Source: an uncultured Chitinophagaceae bacterium
GTDB lineage: Bacteria; Bacteroidota; Bacteroidia; Chitinophagales; Chitinophagaceae
NCBI GenBank assembly: GCA_964422465.1
Contig: CAYRBD010000005.1
Coordinates: 681-64,680 of the forward strand
Length of the DNA stretch: 64,000 bases
Reading direction: 5' to 3'
Position numbers and translations under genes: made by a program. How positions within the stretch are numbered: the stretch's first letter is position 1; every line of letters begins with the position of its first letter. Shown here piece by piece: positions 46,208 to 56,684 of this stretch. The notes under the pieces were generated by a model. It worked only from the letters and a program-made list of their open reading frames with translations. It ran no database searches and was not told the DNA's origin.

Positions 46208-47071
46208 ATGCGATTATTTCCTAAAATAGCGAGGTTATTACCCGTCTTTTTAGTGGTATCTCTGGTCGGGAAAACACAAGTATTCCACCATGATAACAAC
46301 CAGTATTACGTGGGAGAAGTAGGGTTAGGGATCGGCGCGGCAAACTATTACGGAGACCTGAATACCCACAACGGGTTCCAGGCTGTTAAGCCTTCTGCCG
46401 GGCTGTTTTTTCGTTATTTTTTCACCTCTTATTTTGGAGCCAGTTTCCATCTGCGCTATGCCCAACTGGGCTACTCGGATGTATATAACAAGGATACCTT
46501 TCAACATACCAGAAACTTGAGTTTCAACACCAATATCTGGGATTTAAGCCTGCAGGGAGATTTTAATTTTTTTCGTTTTGAACCCGGAAATCCAAGGTAC
46601 AATTTCACCCCCTACCTGAGCCTGGGGATTGGGTTTTTTCATTTTGATCCTTATGCCTATTATCAAGATCAAAAATACCACCTGCAACCACTTGGTACGG
46701 AAGGCCAGGGGTCTCCTGACTATCCTGATCGAAAACGCTATAACCTGTGGAGCGTAGAATTTCCTATAGAGATTGGTATTAAATACAACCTAAACCGGAG
46801 TTGGAATCTTCAGCTTTCGGCTTCTTATCATTTTACAGGAACCGATTACCTGGATGACGTAAGCACTACTTATGCCGGCCCGGCTGCCTTTCATAGCAAA
46901 GGAACAGCTATTCAGCAGGTAGCTGCCATTCTCCAGGACCGATCGGGAGTTTATGGCAAGCCCATCGGAGAAAAAGGGCGGCAACGCGGAGACAGCCGCA
47001 ACAAAGATCAGTATGTACTCGTGCAGGTTAGCCTCTCCTACCTTTTTACCCGCTACCGGTGTCCTTTTTAA
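46208..47071 (+). CDS. Outer membrane beta-barrel protein (DUF6089-like)
   Basis: Signal peptide, alternating aromatic beta-strand pattern, and a terminal F. The ATG directly abuts the nadK stop. Confidence 0.6.
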   Translation: MRLFPKIARLLPVFLVVSLVGKTQVFHHDNNQYYVGEVGLGIGAANYYGDLNTHNGFQAVKPSAGLFFRYFFTSYFGASFHLRYAQLGYSDVYNKDTFQHTRNLSFNTNIWDLSLQGDFNFFRFEPGNPRYNFTPYLSLGIGFFHFDPYAYYQDQKYHLQPLGTEGQGSPDYPDRKRYNLWSVEFPIEIGIKYNLNRSWNLQLSASYHFTGTDYLDDVSTTYAGPAAFHSKGTAIQQVAAILQDRSGVYGKPIGEKGRQRGDSRNKDQYVLVQVSLSYLFTRYRCPF

Positions 47072-47076
47072 TTTTA

Positions 47077-48798
47077 TCAGAACCCTGCTGCGCTATCGTT
47101 TCCCCGGTGATCTGCCACCGCTTCTATTGAATCCCCTGCAATACGTATCACTTCTGTACGCCCGATAGAACTGCGTTGTTTAAAAGTGTAACCCATTTTT
47201 TCCATTTGTAGCTTTACGGAATCCGGGAAGTCTTTTTCCACGTATATCAGGTCCGGTTTCCACTGCATGTGAAATTTGGGCTTGTTGACGGCATCGCTGA
47301 CGCTCATATTAAAATCAAGCAGATCTACCAGCGTCTGGAAAACAGAGGTTATAATGGTAGCCCCTCCCGGTGAACCCAATACCAGGTAAGGTTTTCCGTC
47401 TTTCAGCGCAATGGTGGGAGTCATGGAGCTCAACATCCTTTTTCCGGGAGCGATGGAATTGGCTTCCGCCCCCAGTAACCCAAACATATTGGGCGCTCCC
47501 GGTTTGGCGCTGAAATCATCCATCTCATCATTTAAAAAGAATCCCGCATGCCCAGCCAGCACTTTGCTACCATACAAATTGTTTAGGGTATAAGTTACGG
47601 CAACGGCATTTCCGGCACTGTCCACTACGGAAAGGTGTGTTGTTTCCTCACTTTCCTCCGGAATCACTCCAGCTTCAATATCCTTGCTGGGCGTTGCTTT
47701 ATCGGGGTTATAATCTGCCATTCTTTTTTTCAAATAAGCATCGCTGATAAGCGCTTTGACGGGAACTTTCACGAAGTCCTGATCTCCCAGATATTTAGCC
47801 CGGTCGGCATAAGCCCGCCGTTCAATTTCAGTCATAAGCTGCACCGATCGGGTTGTTTCAAAACCATACGTATCAATGGGATAATTTTTTAGCATCCCCA
47901 GCATTTGCGCTATCAGTATGCCACCGCTGGAAGGGAGAGGCATGGAAACAATGGTATAGCCTTTGTAATTGAATTGGACCGGTGTTCTTTCTATTGCCTT
48001 ATAATTTTTCAGGTCTTCCAGGGATATAATTCCCCCTCCACGTTTCATTTCTGCTACAATCCTTTTTGCTGTTTCCCCCTCGTAAAAGCCCGCCTGTCCA
48101 CTGTCTCTGATTAATTCCAGCGTGTGGGCCAGGTCTTTCTGTATCAGGGTATCTCCGGGCTTCCATTCATCATCCCTTACAAATACCGGTTGTACGGTGT
48201 TGTATTTTTTAAAATTTTCCTGTTCATAATTGAAGAGATGGGCCTGTGATTTGGAAATGGCAAAACCTTTTGCTGCCAGTTCAATGGCGGGTTGAACCAA
48301 TTCTTTCATAGGAAGTTTCCCATATTTTTCGTGTGCCAGAAAAAGGCCGGCTACCGTTCCCGGTACGCCGATAGAAAGATGCCCGTTCCGGCTGAGCTCC
48401 GGGTCTGCATTGCCCTCTTTATCAAGATACATGTCCCTGGTAGCTTTCCCCGGCGCTTCTTCCCGATAATCAATGGAAGTATTTTTCCCCTCTTTGAGAT
48501 GAACCACCATAAAGCCGCCTCCTCCAATATTACCGGCGACCGGATAAACAACTGCCAAAGCAAGTTGTGCGGCAATGGCGGCATCTACCGCATTACCACC
48601 CTTTCGGAGGATAAGAGCCCCCACCTCACTGGCCAATGGACTTGCAGTAGCGATCGCCCCATGTTTAACAACGATTCTTTTAGTAGCTGAATAATGATAA
48701 GGATCAATACCCTGTAATGTATTTTCAGGCGAATTGCAGGAAGCAATCACGCAAATCAACAGACAGAAGGAAAGTCTTTTAGCATATAGTTTGTACAT
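47077..48798 (-). CDS. ggt: Gamma-glutamyltransferase
   Basis: Lipoprotein signal (ASCNS). Autoprocessing/nucleophile Thr in EETTHLSVVDSAGNAV. The GSPGGATIIT motif. Confidence 0.95.
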   Translation of the reverse strand: MYKLYAKRLSFCLLICVIASCNSPENTLQGIDPYHYSATKRIVVKHGAIATASPLASEVGALILRKGGNAVDAAIAAQLALAVVYPVAGNIGGGGFMVVHLKEGKNTSIDYREEAPGKATRDMYLDKEGNADPELSRNGHLSIGVPGTVAGLFLAHEKYGKLPMKELVQPAIELAAKGFAISKSQAHLFNYEQENFKKYNTVQPVFVRDDEWKPGDTLIQKDLAHTLELIRDSGQAGFYEGETAKRIVAEMKRGGGIISLEDLKNYKAIERTPVQFNYKGYTIVSMPLPSSGGILIAQMLGMLKNYPIDTYGFETTRSVQLMTEIERRAYADRAKYLGDQDFVKVPVKALISDAYLKKRMADYNPDKATPSKDIEAGVIPEESEETTHLSVVDSAGNAVAVTYTLNNLYGSKVLAGHAGFFLNDEMDDFSAKPGAPNMFGLLGAEANSIAPGKRMLSSMTPTIALKDGKPYLVLGSPGGATIITSVFQTLVDLLDFNMSVSDAVNKPKFHMQWKPDLIYVEKDFPDSVKLQMEKMGYTFKQRSSIGRTEVIRIAGDSIEAVADHRGNDSAAGF

Positions 48799-48901
48799 AA
48801 ATTATACCTTAAGATAAAATGAACTGCTAAGATAATATAAATGACGGGTATTAAAACAATCAACCGGAGTGGTTGTTTCAATTGAAAATAATGCATATTT
48901 T

Positions 48902-49852
48902 ATGAGAGCCATTCTTTTGCACCGATTCGGTGGGCCGGAAGTATTAAAAGTCCAGGACGTAAAAAAGCCGGAACCCACGGCCGATCAAGTCTTAATCAGA
49001 ATAAAAGCCATAGGGATTAACCCGGTGGATACGAAAGTGAGAGCCGGCACCAACCGGATTTCAAAAATGATCCGGCTGCCGACTGTCATTGGTTGGGATG
49101 TAAGCGGGGTGATAGAAAGCTGCGGAGCGAAGGTTACTGATTTTCAGGAGGGAGATGAAGTGTTCGGCTGTATTGGTTTTCCCGGCGCCGGAGGTGGGTA
49201 TGCAGCCTACGCGGTAGCCTCTCCTGGCCTGCTGGCCAAAAAACCGGCCGCCGTTTCATTTGATACAGCCGCAGCGCTTCCCATAGCCGGACTAACCGCC
49301 TACCAGTCTATCCATGAGCATTTGAAGGTAAAATCAGGACAAAACATTTTGATACAAGCCGCCGCCGGTGGGGTAGGCCATTTGGCATTGCAACTTGCCG
49401 GGCTGCTCGGCGCTACCGTGAGCGGCACTGCTTCTTCTAAAAACAAAAGTTTTCTCCACGACCTGGGCATTGATCAGGTCATTGATTACAAAACCCAAAA
49501 ATTTGAAGAACAGCTGCACGATCTGGATGCGGTGCAGGACGCCATGGGCGGTGACGTTTTATATCGCTCTATAAATTGTGTCAAAAAAGGGGGCAGGGTT
49601 GTTTGTTTGCCCTCATCTACTAAAGATGATCCGGCAGCCACTGCATTGGCCCAAAAGAAGGAGGTTCAATTAACCTGGCCCATCATGCGTACAGATCAGG
49701 ATCAGTTGCAGACCCTTATTAAGCTTGTGGAACAGGGGAAAATAAAAGTACATATCGACAAGATATTCGCCTTTGAGGAAATGCAGCAAGCTCATAAAGC
49801 TATGGAATCCGGCCATACAGTGGGGAAAATAGTTGTAAAGACGGAAGGATAA
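48902..49852 (+). CDS. NADPH:quinone oxidoreductase / zinc-type alcohol dehydrogenase family (MDR)
   Basis: Start set at ATG (MRAILLHRFGGPEVL); the track start at 48869 is GTG. Nucleotide-binding motif AAAGGVGH. Confidence 0.85.
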   Translation: MRAILLHRFGGPEVLKVQDVKKPEPTADQVLIRIKAIGINPVDTKVRAGTNRISKMIRLPTVIGWDVSGVIESCGAKVTDFQEGDEVFGCIGFPGAGGGYAAYAVASPGLLAKKPAAVSFDTAAALPIAGLTAYQSIHEHLKVKSGQNILIQAAAGGVGHLALQLAGLLGATVSGTASSKNKSFLHDLGIDQVIDYKTQKFEEQLHDLDAVQDAMGGDVLYRSINCVKKGGRVVCLPSSTKDDPAATALAQKKEVQLTWPIMRTDQDQLQTLIKLVEQGKIKVHIDKIFAFEEMQQAHKAMESGHTVGKIVVKTEG

Positions 49853-49933
49853 CCGTCAAAACCTACGCTGAATTGGTGGCATAGGATATTTTATTTACCT
49901 TCGTTTGGGCAGGTATAAAACAAAAAACCAAAA

Positions 49934-50548
49934 ATGAGTTATTTTAAACTTTCTATATTCCTATTTCTTATTTTAATTGCCGGTTGTAGCAAGAACGATG
50001 AACATCATATTGTTAAAAAAAGCGAACCCTATGTATTGGAAGATATACAATGGGTTTTAAGAGAGGGGGATGGGGAAGAAATCATAGAAGAAAGACTCCC
50101 TGATGAGATGGTTAAAAATAACAGCTCCGCTTTGGTACGGACCACTTTTAATCCTTTAAAAAAGGTAGAAGGAAGTTCCCATTTTCAATTTGACCTTCCG
50201 CAAAATATATCATTGGACCTGGATTCTGTCTCTAATTGGGTGTCCGTCCCTGCTTACATCGAATTATTATCTGACAGTTACACTCATATTGTGGGAGGGA
50301 CAAAAGTACCTTTTCAAAGGCTAAAATCACACTTCCCCTTTTCGTATAAGTTTGAACAATCTGTGGAAGTAACCCCCAAAACTCAGGTAACTTACCAGGC
50401 CACGTTGTTTATCAGAAAAAACACGGCTACCTTTAAAGCAATATTTGTACAGCCGGAGACGAAGAAAAGATTCGAACTGACCGGAAAATGGACAGGGGAG
50501 TTTTACCAAACGATACAAACTCACCTTGCTGCTGATGAGCTTGATTAA
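49934..50548 (+). CDS. Hypothetical lipoprotein (204 aa)
   Basis: Lipobox LIAGCSKN. The remainder is predicted beta-rich. No family recognised. Confidence 0.55.
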   Translation: MSYFKLSIFLFLILIAGCSKNDEHHIVKKSEPYVLEDIQWVLREGDGEEIIEERLPDEMVKNNSSALVRTTFNPLKKVEGSSHFQFDLPQNISLDLDSVSNWVSVPAYIELLSDSYTHIVGGTKVPFQRLKSHFPFSYKFEQSVEVTPKTQVTYQATLFIRKNTATFKAIFVQPETKKRFELTGKWTGEFYQTIQTHLAADELD

Positions 50549-50577
50549 TCAGACAGAAATGATTTGAGCTTATTTGT

Positions 50578-50585
50578 TACTTTTG
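50578..50585 (+). promoter_or_regulatory. -7 promoter box TACTTTTG abutting the start of the CpsB-like gene
   Basis: Exact TAnnTTTG match ending 4 nt before the ATG at 50590. Confidence 0.35.
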
Positions 50586-50589
50586 CTTC

Positions 50590-51336
50590 ATGTCATTTTT
50601 CGGGAAAAGACCTAAAAGAAATACAGAATCCCAGAGAGATTACGCCTTTTTGGGAACAGATATGCATTCTCATCTCATCCCGGAGGTAGATGATGGTTCT
50701 CCGGATGTAGAAACATCCATAGTGCTCATCCGAAAATTACAGGACCGGGGCTATAAAAAACTGATTACCACTCCACATATTTTTCAAGACTATTATCCCA
50801 ATAATTCAGAAACCCTCAACACGGGTTATGAAAAACTTCTTCGGGGTTTGGAAAAAGCAGGAATAGATTTACCGATCAGGGTAGCGGCAGAATATTATCT
50901 GGACACGCATGTAATGGATTTATTAGACAAAGATATTCCCCTGCTGACCTTATCCGGCAATAAAGTACTGGTAGAATTTTCTATGGTTACCCCTCCTCTT
51001 CATCGGGAAGATTTCTTGTTTCGCCTGCGGGTAAAAGGATATGAGCCGGTCATTGCCCATCCTGAAAGATATACGTATTATCATTCTACTTTTGACCAGT
51101 ATCAGTTTCTTTCAGATAAAGGATTTGCCCTGCAACTTAACATCCTGTCCTTTTCCGGACAATATGGAAAAAGCGTTCAAAAAATGGCTCACCGGTTAAT
51201 GGATCAGGGGCTGGTGCAATACCTGGGAACAGACCTCCATCACTCCCGTCACGCCGCAAAACTGGAAGAGCTTCAAAAAAACAAGCGACTGATGAAAAAA
51301 CTGGCTGCCTATCCCTGGAAAAACGCCGAACTGTAA
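50590..51336 (+). CDS. PHP-family tyrosine-protein phosphatase (CpsB/CapC-like)
   Basis: DMHSHLIPEVDDG metal-binding N-terminus, TPH, AHPERY and GTDLHH motifs. Confidence 0.85.
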   Translation: MSFFGKRPKRNTESQRDYAFLGTDMHSHLIPEVDDGSPDVETSIVLIRKLQDRGYKKLITTPHIFQDYYPNNSETLNTGYEKLLRGLEKAGIDLPIRVAAEYYLDTHVMDLLDKDIPLLTLSGNKVLVEFSMVTPPLHREDFLFRLRVKGYEPVIAHPERYTYYHSTFDQYQFLSDKGFALQLNILSFSGQYGKSVQKMAHRLMDQGLVQYLGTDLHHSRHAAKLEELQKNKRLMKKLAAYPWKNAEL

Positions 51337-51340
51337 GCCG

Positions 51341-52081
51341 CTACACGACAAACCGGACCTCGCCAAAAGATAATCTTAACATTTGCGCACCTCTTTGGAG
51401 AATCAGCCGTCCGTCTGGCTCTATACCCTGAATGACTCCTTCAAAAAGCTCAGTTCCCATCCGGAACAATGCCGATTGTTGGAGACGAAACAACCGGCTT
51501 TCATATTCTTTCAGTACCCCCTCGGGTTGTCTCGGATCCAATAGGGTATAACGCTTTTCAATACATCGGCACAACTCCTCTGCCAGCGTCTGCGGCTCCA
51601 GTTTATCGCCACAAATTTGCCGGAGAGAAACCGGATTGGGTAATTCTTCCGGGAAATGGAGCTGGTTGAGGTTGAGGCCGATGCCTATAACTGCATATTC
51701 CCACTTTGCTCCTCTGATTAAGTTTTCAATCAGGATACCACCTGCCTTTTTGTCACGCCAATAAATATCGTTACTCCATTTGATACAAGTTTCTACGCCT
51801 GCATATCGTTTCACCAGGTCATAAACCGATAGCGCTATTACCGCGCTTAAGAGAAACTGTTCCCGCGGCTGCAACATAACCGGCTGTAACACAAGGGATA
51901 AATTCAGATTTTCTCCAGGGGCAGTGTGCCAGGTTTTGCCTCTTTGTCCACGACCCTGTTTTTGAGACCACGCAAGCCAGGCCGCCCCCTCTTTTACACC
52001 GCCTTCTGCAATTCTGCCCATGGCATAGTTATTGGTACTGTCCACCTCGCGGAGGAGAACCATTGGAGCCCCTAAATGCAT
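51341..52081 (-). CDS. birA: Biotin--[acetyl-CoA-carboxylase] ligase
   Basis: STNNYA and GRGQRGKTW (GRGRxGRxW-type) motifs. No N-terminal HTH, so a group I ligase. Start set at the first ATG; the track start at 52090 is GTG. Confidence 0.9.
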   Translation of the reverse strand: MHLGAPMVLLREVDSTNNYAMGRIAEGGVKEGAAWLAWSQKQGRGQRGKTWHTAPGENLNLSLVLQPVMLQPREQFLLSAVIALSVYDLVKRYAGVETCIKWSNDIYWRDKKAGGILIENLIRGAKWEYAVIGIGLNLNQLHFPEELPNPVSLRQICGDKLEPQTLAEELCRCIEKRYTLLDPRQPEGVLKEYESRLFRLQQSALFRMGTELFEGVIQGIEPDGRLILQRGAQMLRLSFGEVRFVV

Positions 52082-52178
52082 CGAGTTCACTAAAGTTAAA
52101 CTTTTTATTTTTAATACTGTTTTAACTAATTAAAAAGGACTTTAACACTGGATAACAGACTTGTTTAACAGGAATTAG

Positions 52179-52186
52179 TACCTTTG
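52179..52186 (+). promoter_or_regulatory. -7 promoter box TACCTTTG for rsfS-ftsH
   Basis: Exact TAnnTTTG match ending 38 nt before the TTG at 52225. Confidence 0.4.
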
Positions 52187-52224
52187 TATCTTAGTTTAAA
52201 TAACAAAAGCAAAAATACGATTTA

Positions 52225-52626
52225 TTGACGCCATCAATCACAAAAGAGGGACGAAAACACACGATCAGGAAGTTGAATAAAAATAGTCGAATCTTTAAAA
52301 CCATTATTCGATCTATTCAGGACAAAAAAGGAGAGAATGTTGTTTCGATTGACCTCCGTAAGATTCCAGAAGCCATTTCTGATTATTTTATAATATGCGA
52401 GGCGGATTCATCTATTCAGGTACGTGCTATCGCAGATCATGTGGAAAAGGAAATCAGAGAAAAGTTGAAGGAGAAACCCTATGAAAAAGAAGGGCTGTCA
52501 ACGTCAAAATGGGTGATTTTGGATTATATTAATATTGTAGTTCACATTTTTCACCCCGAAACCAGACAATTTTACTGCCTGGAAGATATGTGGAGTGATG
52601 CTTTTCAGGAAACACACGAAGCATAA
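52225..52626 (+). CDS. rsfS: Ribosome silencing factor RsfS
   Basis: Motifs DYFIICEADSSIQVRAIADHV and WVILDYINIVVHIF. No in-frame ATG is available, so the start is TTG at 52225 or TTG at 52273. Confidence 0.85.
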   Translation: MTPSITKEGRKHTIRKLNKNSRIFKTIIRSIQDKKGENVVSIDLRKIPEAISDYFIICEADSSIQVRAIADHVEKEIREKLKEKPYEKEGLSTSKWVILDYINIVVHIFHPETRQFYCLEDMWSDAFQETHEA

Positions 52627-52659
52627 AAATAATTCTTACTTAATACGGTAAATGCTGAT

Positions 52660-54708
52660 ATGAATACAAGAGACAACGGTATACAACCAAGGGATAACGG
52701 ATCACCGGGAAACAATAATAAAAATAACCCCCGGAAGCCCAAGTTTAACATCTACTGGATTTACGCAATCATTGGTGTTATACTGATCTCCATGCAGTTT
52801 TTCAATTTTAACAGTGGGCCTAAAGAAATTTCTTTCCAGGAATTCAAGAATAACATGCTGTTGGATCATGATGTGGCCAAATTGGTCGTAGTGAACAAGA
52901 GTGATGTTGAGGTATATATCAAACAGGATAAGCTGAGCGAGTCAAAATATAAAGACGTGGCTCACGGTAGTTTTAATACCGTTAACACCGGCCCACACTA
53001 TCATTTCACGATAGGCAGCGTAGATAATTTCACGAAAGAACTCAGTAACGCCGAAGCCGGTTTTTCACCGGATCAGAAAGTGAGTGTCATTTACAAGCAC
53101 CGGACGGACTGGTTTAGCGGCGCCATTCAGTTCATCCTTCCCATACTGATTTTAATTGCAATCTGGGTACTGCTCATGCGTAAAATGGGAGGAGGTTCCA
53201 AAAGTGGCGGCCCCGGCGGTATCTTTAATATTGGAAAATCAAGGGCTCAGCTTTTCGAAAAAGGAACGCATGTTTCGGTTACCTTTAACGATGTAGCAGG
53301 ACTGGACGAAGCCAAAGAGGAGGTAATGGAAGTAGTGGACTTCCTCAAAAATCCGAAGAAATATACTGCTCTCGGTGGTAAAATACCCAAAGGCTGCCTG
53401 CTGATTGGCCCTCCCGGTACGGGTAAGACCCTGCTGGCTAAAGCCATGGCCGGAGAAGCTCAGGTACCTTTCTTCTCTATTTCGGGTTCTGACTTCGTAG
53501 AAATGTTTGTGGGAGTAGGCGCCAGCCGGGTACGGGATTTGTTTAAACAGGCCCGTGAAAAAGCACCATGCGTCATCTTTATAGATGAAATTGACGCCAT
53601 TGGCCGCGCCCGAGGTAAGAATATGATGATGAGCAACGATGAAAGAGAAAACACCCTGAATCAGTTGCTTGTTGAAATGGATGGTTTTGGAACAGATAGC
53701 GGAATTATTATGCTGGCTGCTACCAACCGCCCAGACGTTTTGGATAAAGCGCTGCTGCGGCCCGGTCGTTTTGACCGTCAGATTTCAATTGAAAAACCCG
53801 ATCTGGCCGGCCGTATTAAGATATTTGAAGTGCATTTGAAACCCATCAAATGCTCTCCAGACCTTGATATTAAAAAATTGGGAGCCATGACCCCCGGTTT
53901 CGCAGGAGCCGATATTGCCAATATTTGTAATGAAGCCGCTCTTACAGCCGCCCGTAAGGGGAAAAAGATGGTGGAACAAGATGATTTCAATGATGCTGTG
54001 GACCGGGTGATCGGCGGCCTTGAGAAGAAAAATAAATTGATCTCCCCTGAAGAAAAAGCCATTATTGCACATCACGAAGCCGGACATGCCATCTGCGGAT
54101 GGTATCTGGAACATGCCAATCCATTGGTTAAAGTAACGATCGTTCCTCGTGGTGTTGCGGCGTTGGGATATGCTCAATACCTCCCAAAAGAGCAATATCT
54201 ATATAACACGGATCAACTGATGGATGATATGTGCATGACTTTGGGAGGGCGCGCTTCAGAAGAATTGATCTTTGGAAAGATATCTACCGGCGCTCAAAAT
54301 GACCTCCAGGTAATTACCAAGATGGCTTATGGAATGGTTACGGTTTATGGAATGAATGATAAAATAGGAAATATCTCATTCTATGATGAACAGAAAGATT
54401 ACACTTTCCAAAAGCCCTATTCGGATGAAACGGCCCGCATGATAGACGAAGAGGTTCGCAAATTGATCAATAAAGCCTACAATCGGACGAAAGAATTGCT
54501 CTCAGCGCGAATGAAGGAGCTAAAGTTATTGGCCAATGAGTTGCTTAAAAAGGAAGTGCTTTATCAGGCGGATCTGGTTCGCCTGCTGGGACCACGTCCC
54601 TTTGCCGACCATAGCCATGAAGAGCCATCGGTTATCGCCCCTTCGGATGACAATGTGCCGCCTGAAGACATCATCAAACCCAATCCAGCTTTAAATAAGA
54701 CGGAGTGA
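52660..54708 (+). CDS. ftsH: ATP-dependent zinc metalloprotease FtsH
   Basis: Two N-terminal TM helices, Walker A GPPGTGKT, Walker B IFIDEID, SRH region, and the zinc motif HEAGH. Confidence 0.97.
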   Translation: MNTRDNGIQPRDNGSPGNNNKNNPRKPKFNIYWIYAIIGVILISMQFFNFNSGPKEISFQEFKNNMLLDHDVAKLVVVNKSDVEVYIKQDKLSESKYKDVAHGSFNTVNTGPHYHFTIGSVDNFTKELSNAEAGFSPDQKVSVIYKHRTDWFSGAIQFILPILILIAIWVLLMRKMGGGSKSGGPGGIFNIGKSRAQLFEKGTHVSVTFNDVAGLDEAKEEVMEVVDFLKNPKKYTALGGKIPKGCLLIGPPGTGKTLLAKAMAGEAQVPFFSISGSDFVEMFVGVGASRVRDLFKQAREKAPCVIFIDEIDAIGRARGKNMMMSNDERENTLNQLLVEMDGFGTDSGIIMLAATNRPDVLDKALLRPGRFDRQISIEKPDLAGRIKIFEVHLKPIKCSPDLDIKKLGAMTPGFAGADIANICNEAALTAARKGKKMVEQDDFNDAVDRVIGGLEKKNKLISPEEKAIIAHHEAGHAICGWYLEHANPLVKVTIVPRGVAALGYAQYLPKEQYLYNTDQLMDDMCMTLGGRASEELIFGKISTGAQNDLQVITKMAYGMVTVYGMNDKIGNISFYDEQKDYTFQKPYSDETARMIDEEVRKLINKAYNRTKELLSARMKELKLLANELLKKEVLYQADLVRLLGPRPFADHSHEEPSVIAPSDDNVPPEDIIKPNPALNKTE

Positions 54709-55355
54709 AGGTTTCTCCGGCCAAAGAAAACATCCTGAAACGCGTCCGCAACGCGCTCAGTCAGCCTGTACCCCTGCCTTTTCCACAGGCGGAAGGTCAA
54801 CAATCTGTTTTTTTACAGCCGGCCGGAAATCTCGAAATTGCATTTGCAAAGTCATTCTCCGCCTTAAAAGGTCGTTTTGTATTTTGCAGCAATCATAAAG
54901 AACTGGCTCAAAATCTGACTTCCCTCGTTGAAAATAAACAATGGAAAAACTGCTACTGCAGGGAGTTATCACTTTTGCACCGGCTGGAGCCCTTTGATTT
55001 AACTTTCCTGAATCAGGAGCCGGAGATTGATGCTGCAGACGCCGGTTTAACCACCTGCGAAGCGCTTGTGGCTCGCACGGGAAGTGTAGTATTAAGTGCC
55101 GGCCAGCCTTCCGGAAGGACAACCGGAATCTACCCGTCAGCACATCTGATAGTCGGTTATATCAACCAACTTGTCCCCGACATATCCGATGCTTTAAGAC
55201 TGTTAAAAGAAAAATACGGCACTGATCTCCCTTCCCTGATTTCTTTTCAAAGCGGACCCAGCCGGACCTTTGACATTGAAAACACGCCTGTAATCGGCAT
55301 GCACGGACCTACAGAGGTTTATGTTTTTCTGATTGATGAAGAAGGAGAACGCTGA
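54705..55355 (+). CDS. LUD domain protein (LutC/YkgG-like)
   Basis: The GTG start overlaps the ftsH stop (GTGA). N-terminus KENILKRVRNAL and core GLTTCEALVARTGSVVLS are typical of LUD domain proteins. Confidence 0.7.
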   Translation: MKVSPAKENILKRVRNALSQPVPLPFPQAEGQQSVFLQPAGNLEIAFAKSFSALKGRFVFCSNHKELAQNLTSLVENKQWKNCYCRELSLLHRLEPFDLTFLNQEPEIDAADAGLTTCEALVARTGSVVLSAGQPSGRTTGIYPSAHLIVGYINQLVPDISDALRLLKEKYGTDLPSLISFQSGPSRTFDIENTPVIGMHGPTEVYVFLIDEEGER

Positions 55356-55371
55356 AGCCCTTATGCTGGCT

Positions 55372-55701
55372 TTATTTTACCTTATATCCCTGCTTTTCTA
55401 AAAAACCGCGGACTTTTTCCCGTACATCTCCCTGAATCAAAATGATTCCATCCTTTGCAGAACCGCCTGTGCCACAATGAGACTTTAAAACTTTCCCGAG
55501 TGTAGCCAGGTCTGATCTGGTACCTGTAAATCCTTCTACTAAGGTTACAACTTTCCCTTTGCGATGTTTGGTGTCCAACTTTATTTTCAGCCTTTGCGAT
55601 TCTGGCGGCAGGGTTTCCTGTTCTACGGTTTCCTCCTCAACCATATCCGGGTTGGTGGAATACACAATATTTCCTCTGTACGATTTGTTTTTCCTGCTCA
55701 T
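55372..55701 (-). CDS. yciH: Translation initiation factor SUI1/YciH family
   Basis: 109 aa with a C-terminal SUI1 fold (RKGKVVTLVEGF...LKSHCGTGGSAKDGIILIQGDVREKV). Confidence 0.85.
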   Translation of the reverse strand: MSRKNKSYRGNIVYSTNPDMVEEETVEQETLPPESQRLKIKLDTKHRKGKVVTLVEGFTGTRSDLATLGKVLKSHCGTGGSAKDGIILIQGDVREKVRGFLEKQGYKVK

Positions 55702-55752
55702 AATTTTCTTCTTTTTTTAAATTCATCGTATCATTGTTGCAAAATACAAATT

Positions 55753-56658
55753 ATGTCACAAGCCTATGTTTTCCCTGGTCAGGGATCCCAATTTGCCGGT
55801 ATGGGAAAAGAATTATACGAAAATAATGCCGAAGCAGAAGATTTTTTTGAAAAAGCGAATGACATCCTTGGTTTTCGGATATCGGATGTCATGTTTAACG
55901 GAGAAGACAGGGAACTTAGGCAAACCAACGTAACCCAGCCGGCCATTTTTATTCATTCGGTAATCGCTTTCAAATGCAGAGCCGAACATGATCCGGATCT
56001 GGTGGCAGGGCATTCCCTCGGAGAATTTTCAGCCCTGGTGGCTAACAAAACCCTTTCTTTTGAAGACGGATTACGTCTGGTAAGCCTGCGGGCAAATGCC
56101 ATGCAAAAAGCCTGTGAAGATCATCCGGGTACGATGGCTGCCATTCTGGCACTGGAAGATAAGCTTGTCGAACAAATTTGTGAAGAAGTGCAAAAAGAAA
56201 CAGGAGAAGTGGTGATAGCGGCTAATTATAACTGCCCGGGACAGGTAGTGATATCAGGATCAGTAAAGGGCATAGAAGCAGCTTGTGAACGCTTCAAAGC
56301 CGCAGGAGCCAAAAGAGCCTTAGTACTTCCCGTCGGAGGCGCTTTTCACTCTCCACTCATGGAATCTGCCAAAAACGAACTTCAAAAAGCAATAAAAGAA
56401 ACCAGCTTCAATGAGCCTGCCTGCCCGGTTGTACAGAATGTTTCAGGTAAAGCCGTAACCAACCGGCAGGAAATCCAGGAAAATTTAATTAACCAACTGA
56501 CCGCTCCCGTTCGCTGGACCCAGTCCGTTCAAAACATGATAGCGGCAGGAGCGGATCTCTTTGTTGAATGTGGCCCGGGAAAAGTGCTCCAGGGGCTCAT
56601 TAGGAAGATAGGCAGAGAGGAGGACGCAGACGATATAGAGGTAAGAGGAATCAGCTGA
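55753..56658 (+). CDS. fabD: Malonyl-CoA:ACP transacylase
   Basis: Start set at MSQAYVFPGQGSQ. The track ORF from 55564 is an in-frame upstream extension antisense to yciH. Active-site GHSLGE. Confidence 0.95.
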   Translation: MSQAYVFPGQGSQFAGMGKELYENNAEAEDFFEKANDILGFRISDVMFNGEDRELRQTNVTQPAIFIHSVIAFKCRAEHDPDLVAGHSLGEFSALVANKTLSFEDGLRLVSLRANAMQKACEDHPGTMAAILALEDKLVEQICEEVQKETGEVVIAANYNCPGQVVISGSVKGIEAACERFKAAGAKRALVLPVGGAFHSPLMESAKNELQKAIKETSFNEPACPVVQNVSGKAVTNRQEIQENLINQLTAPVRWTQSVQNMIAAGADLFVECGPGKVLQGLIRKIGREEDADDIEVRGIS

Positions 56659-56684
56659 TGGGTTTAGTCCTCCGGTTAAAGGAT

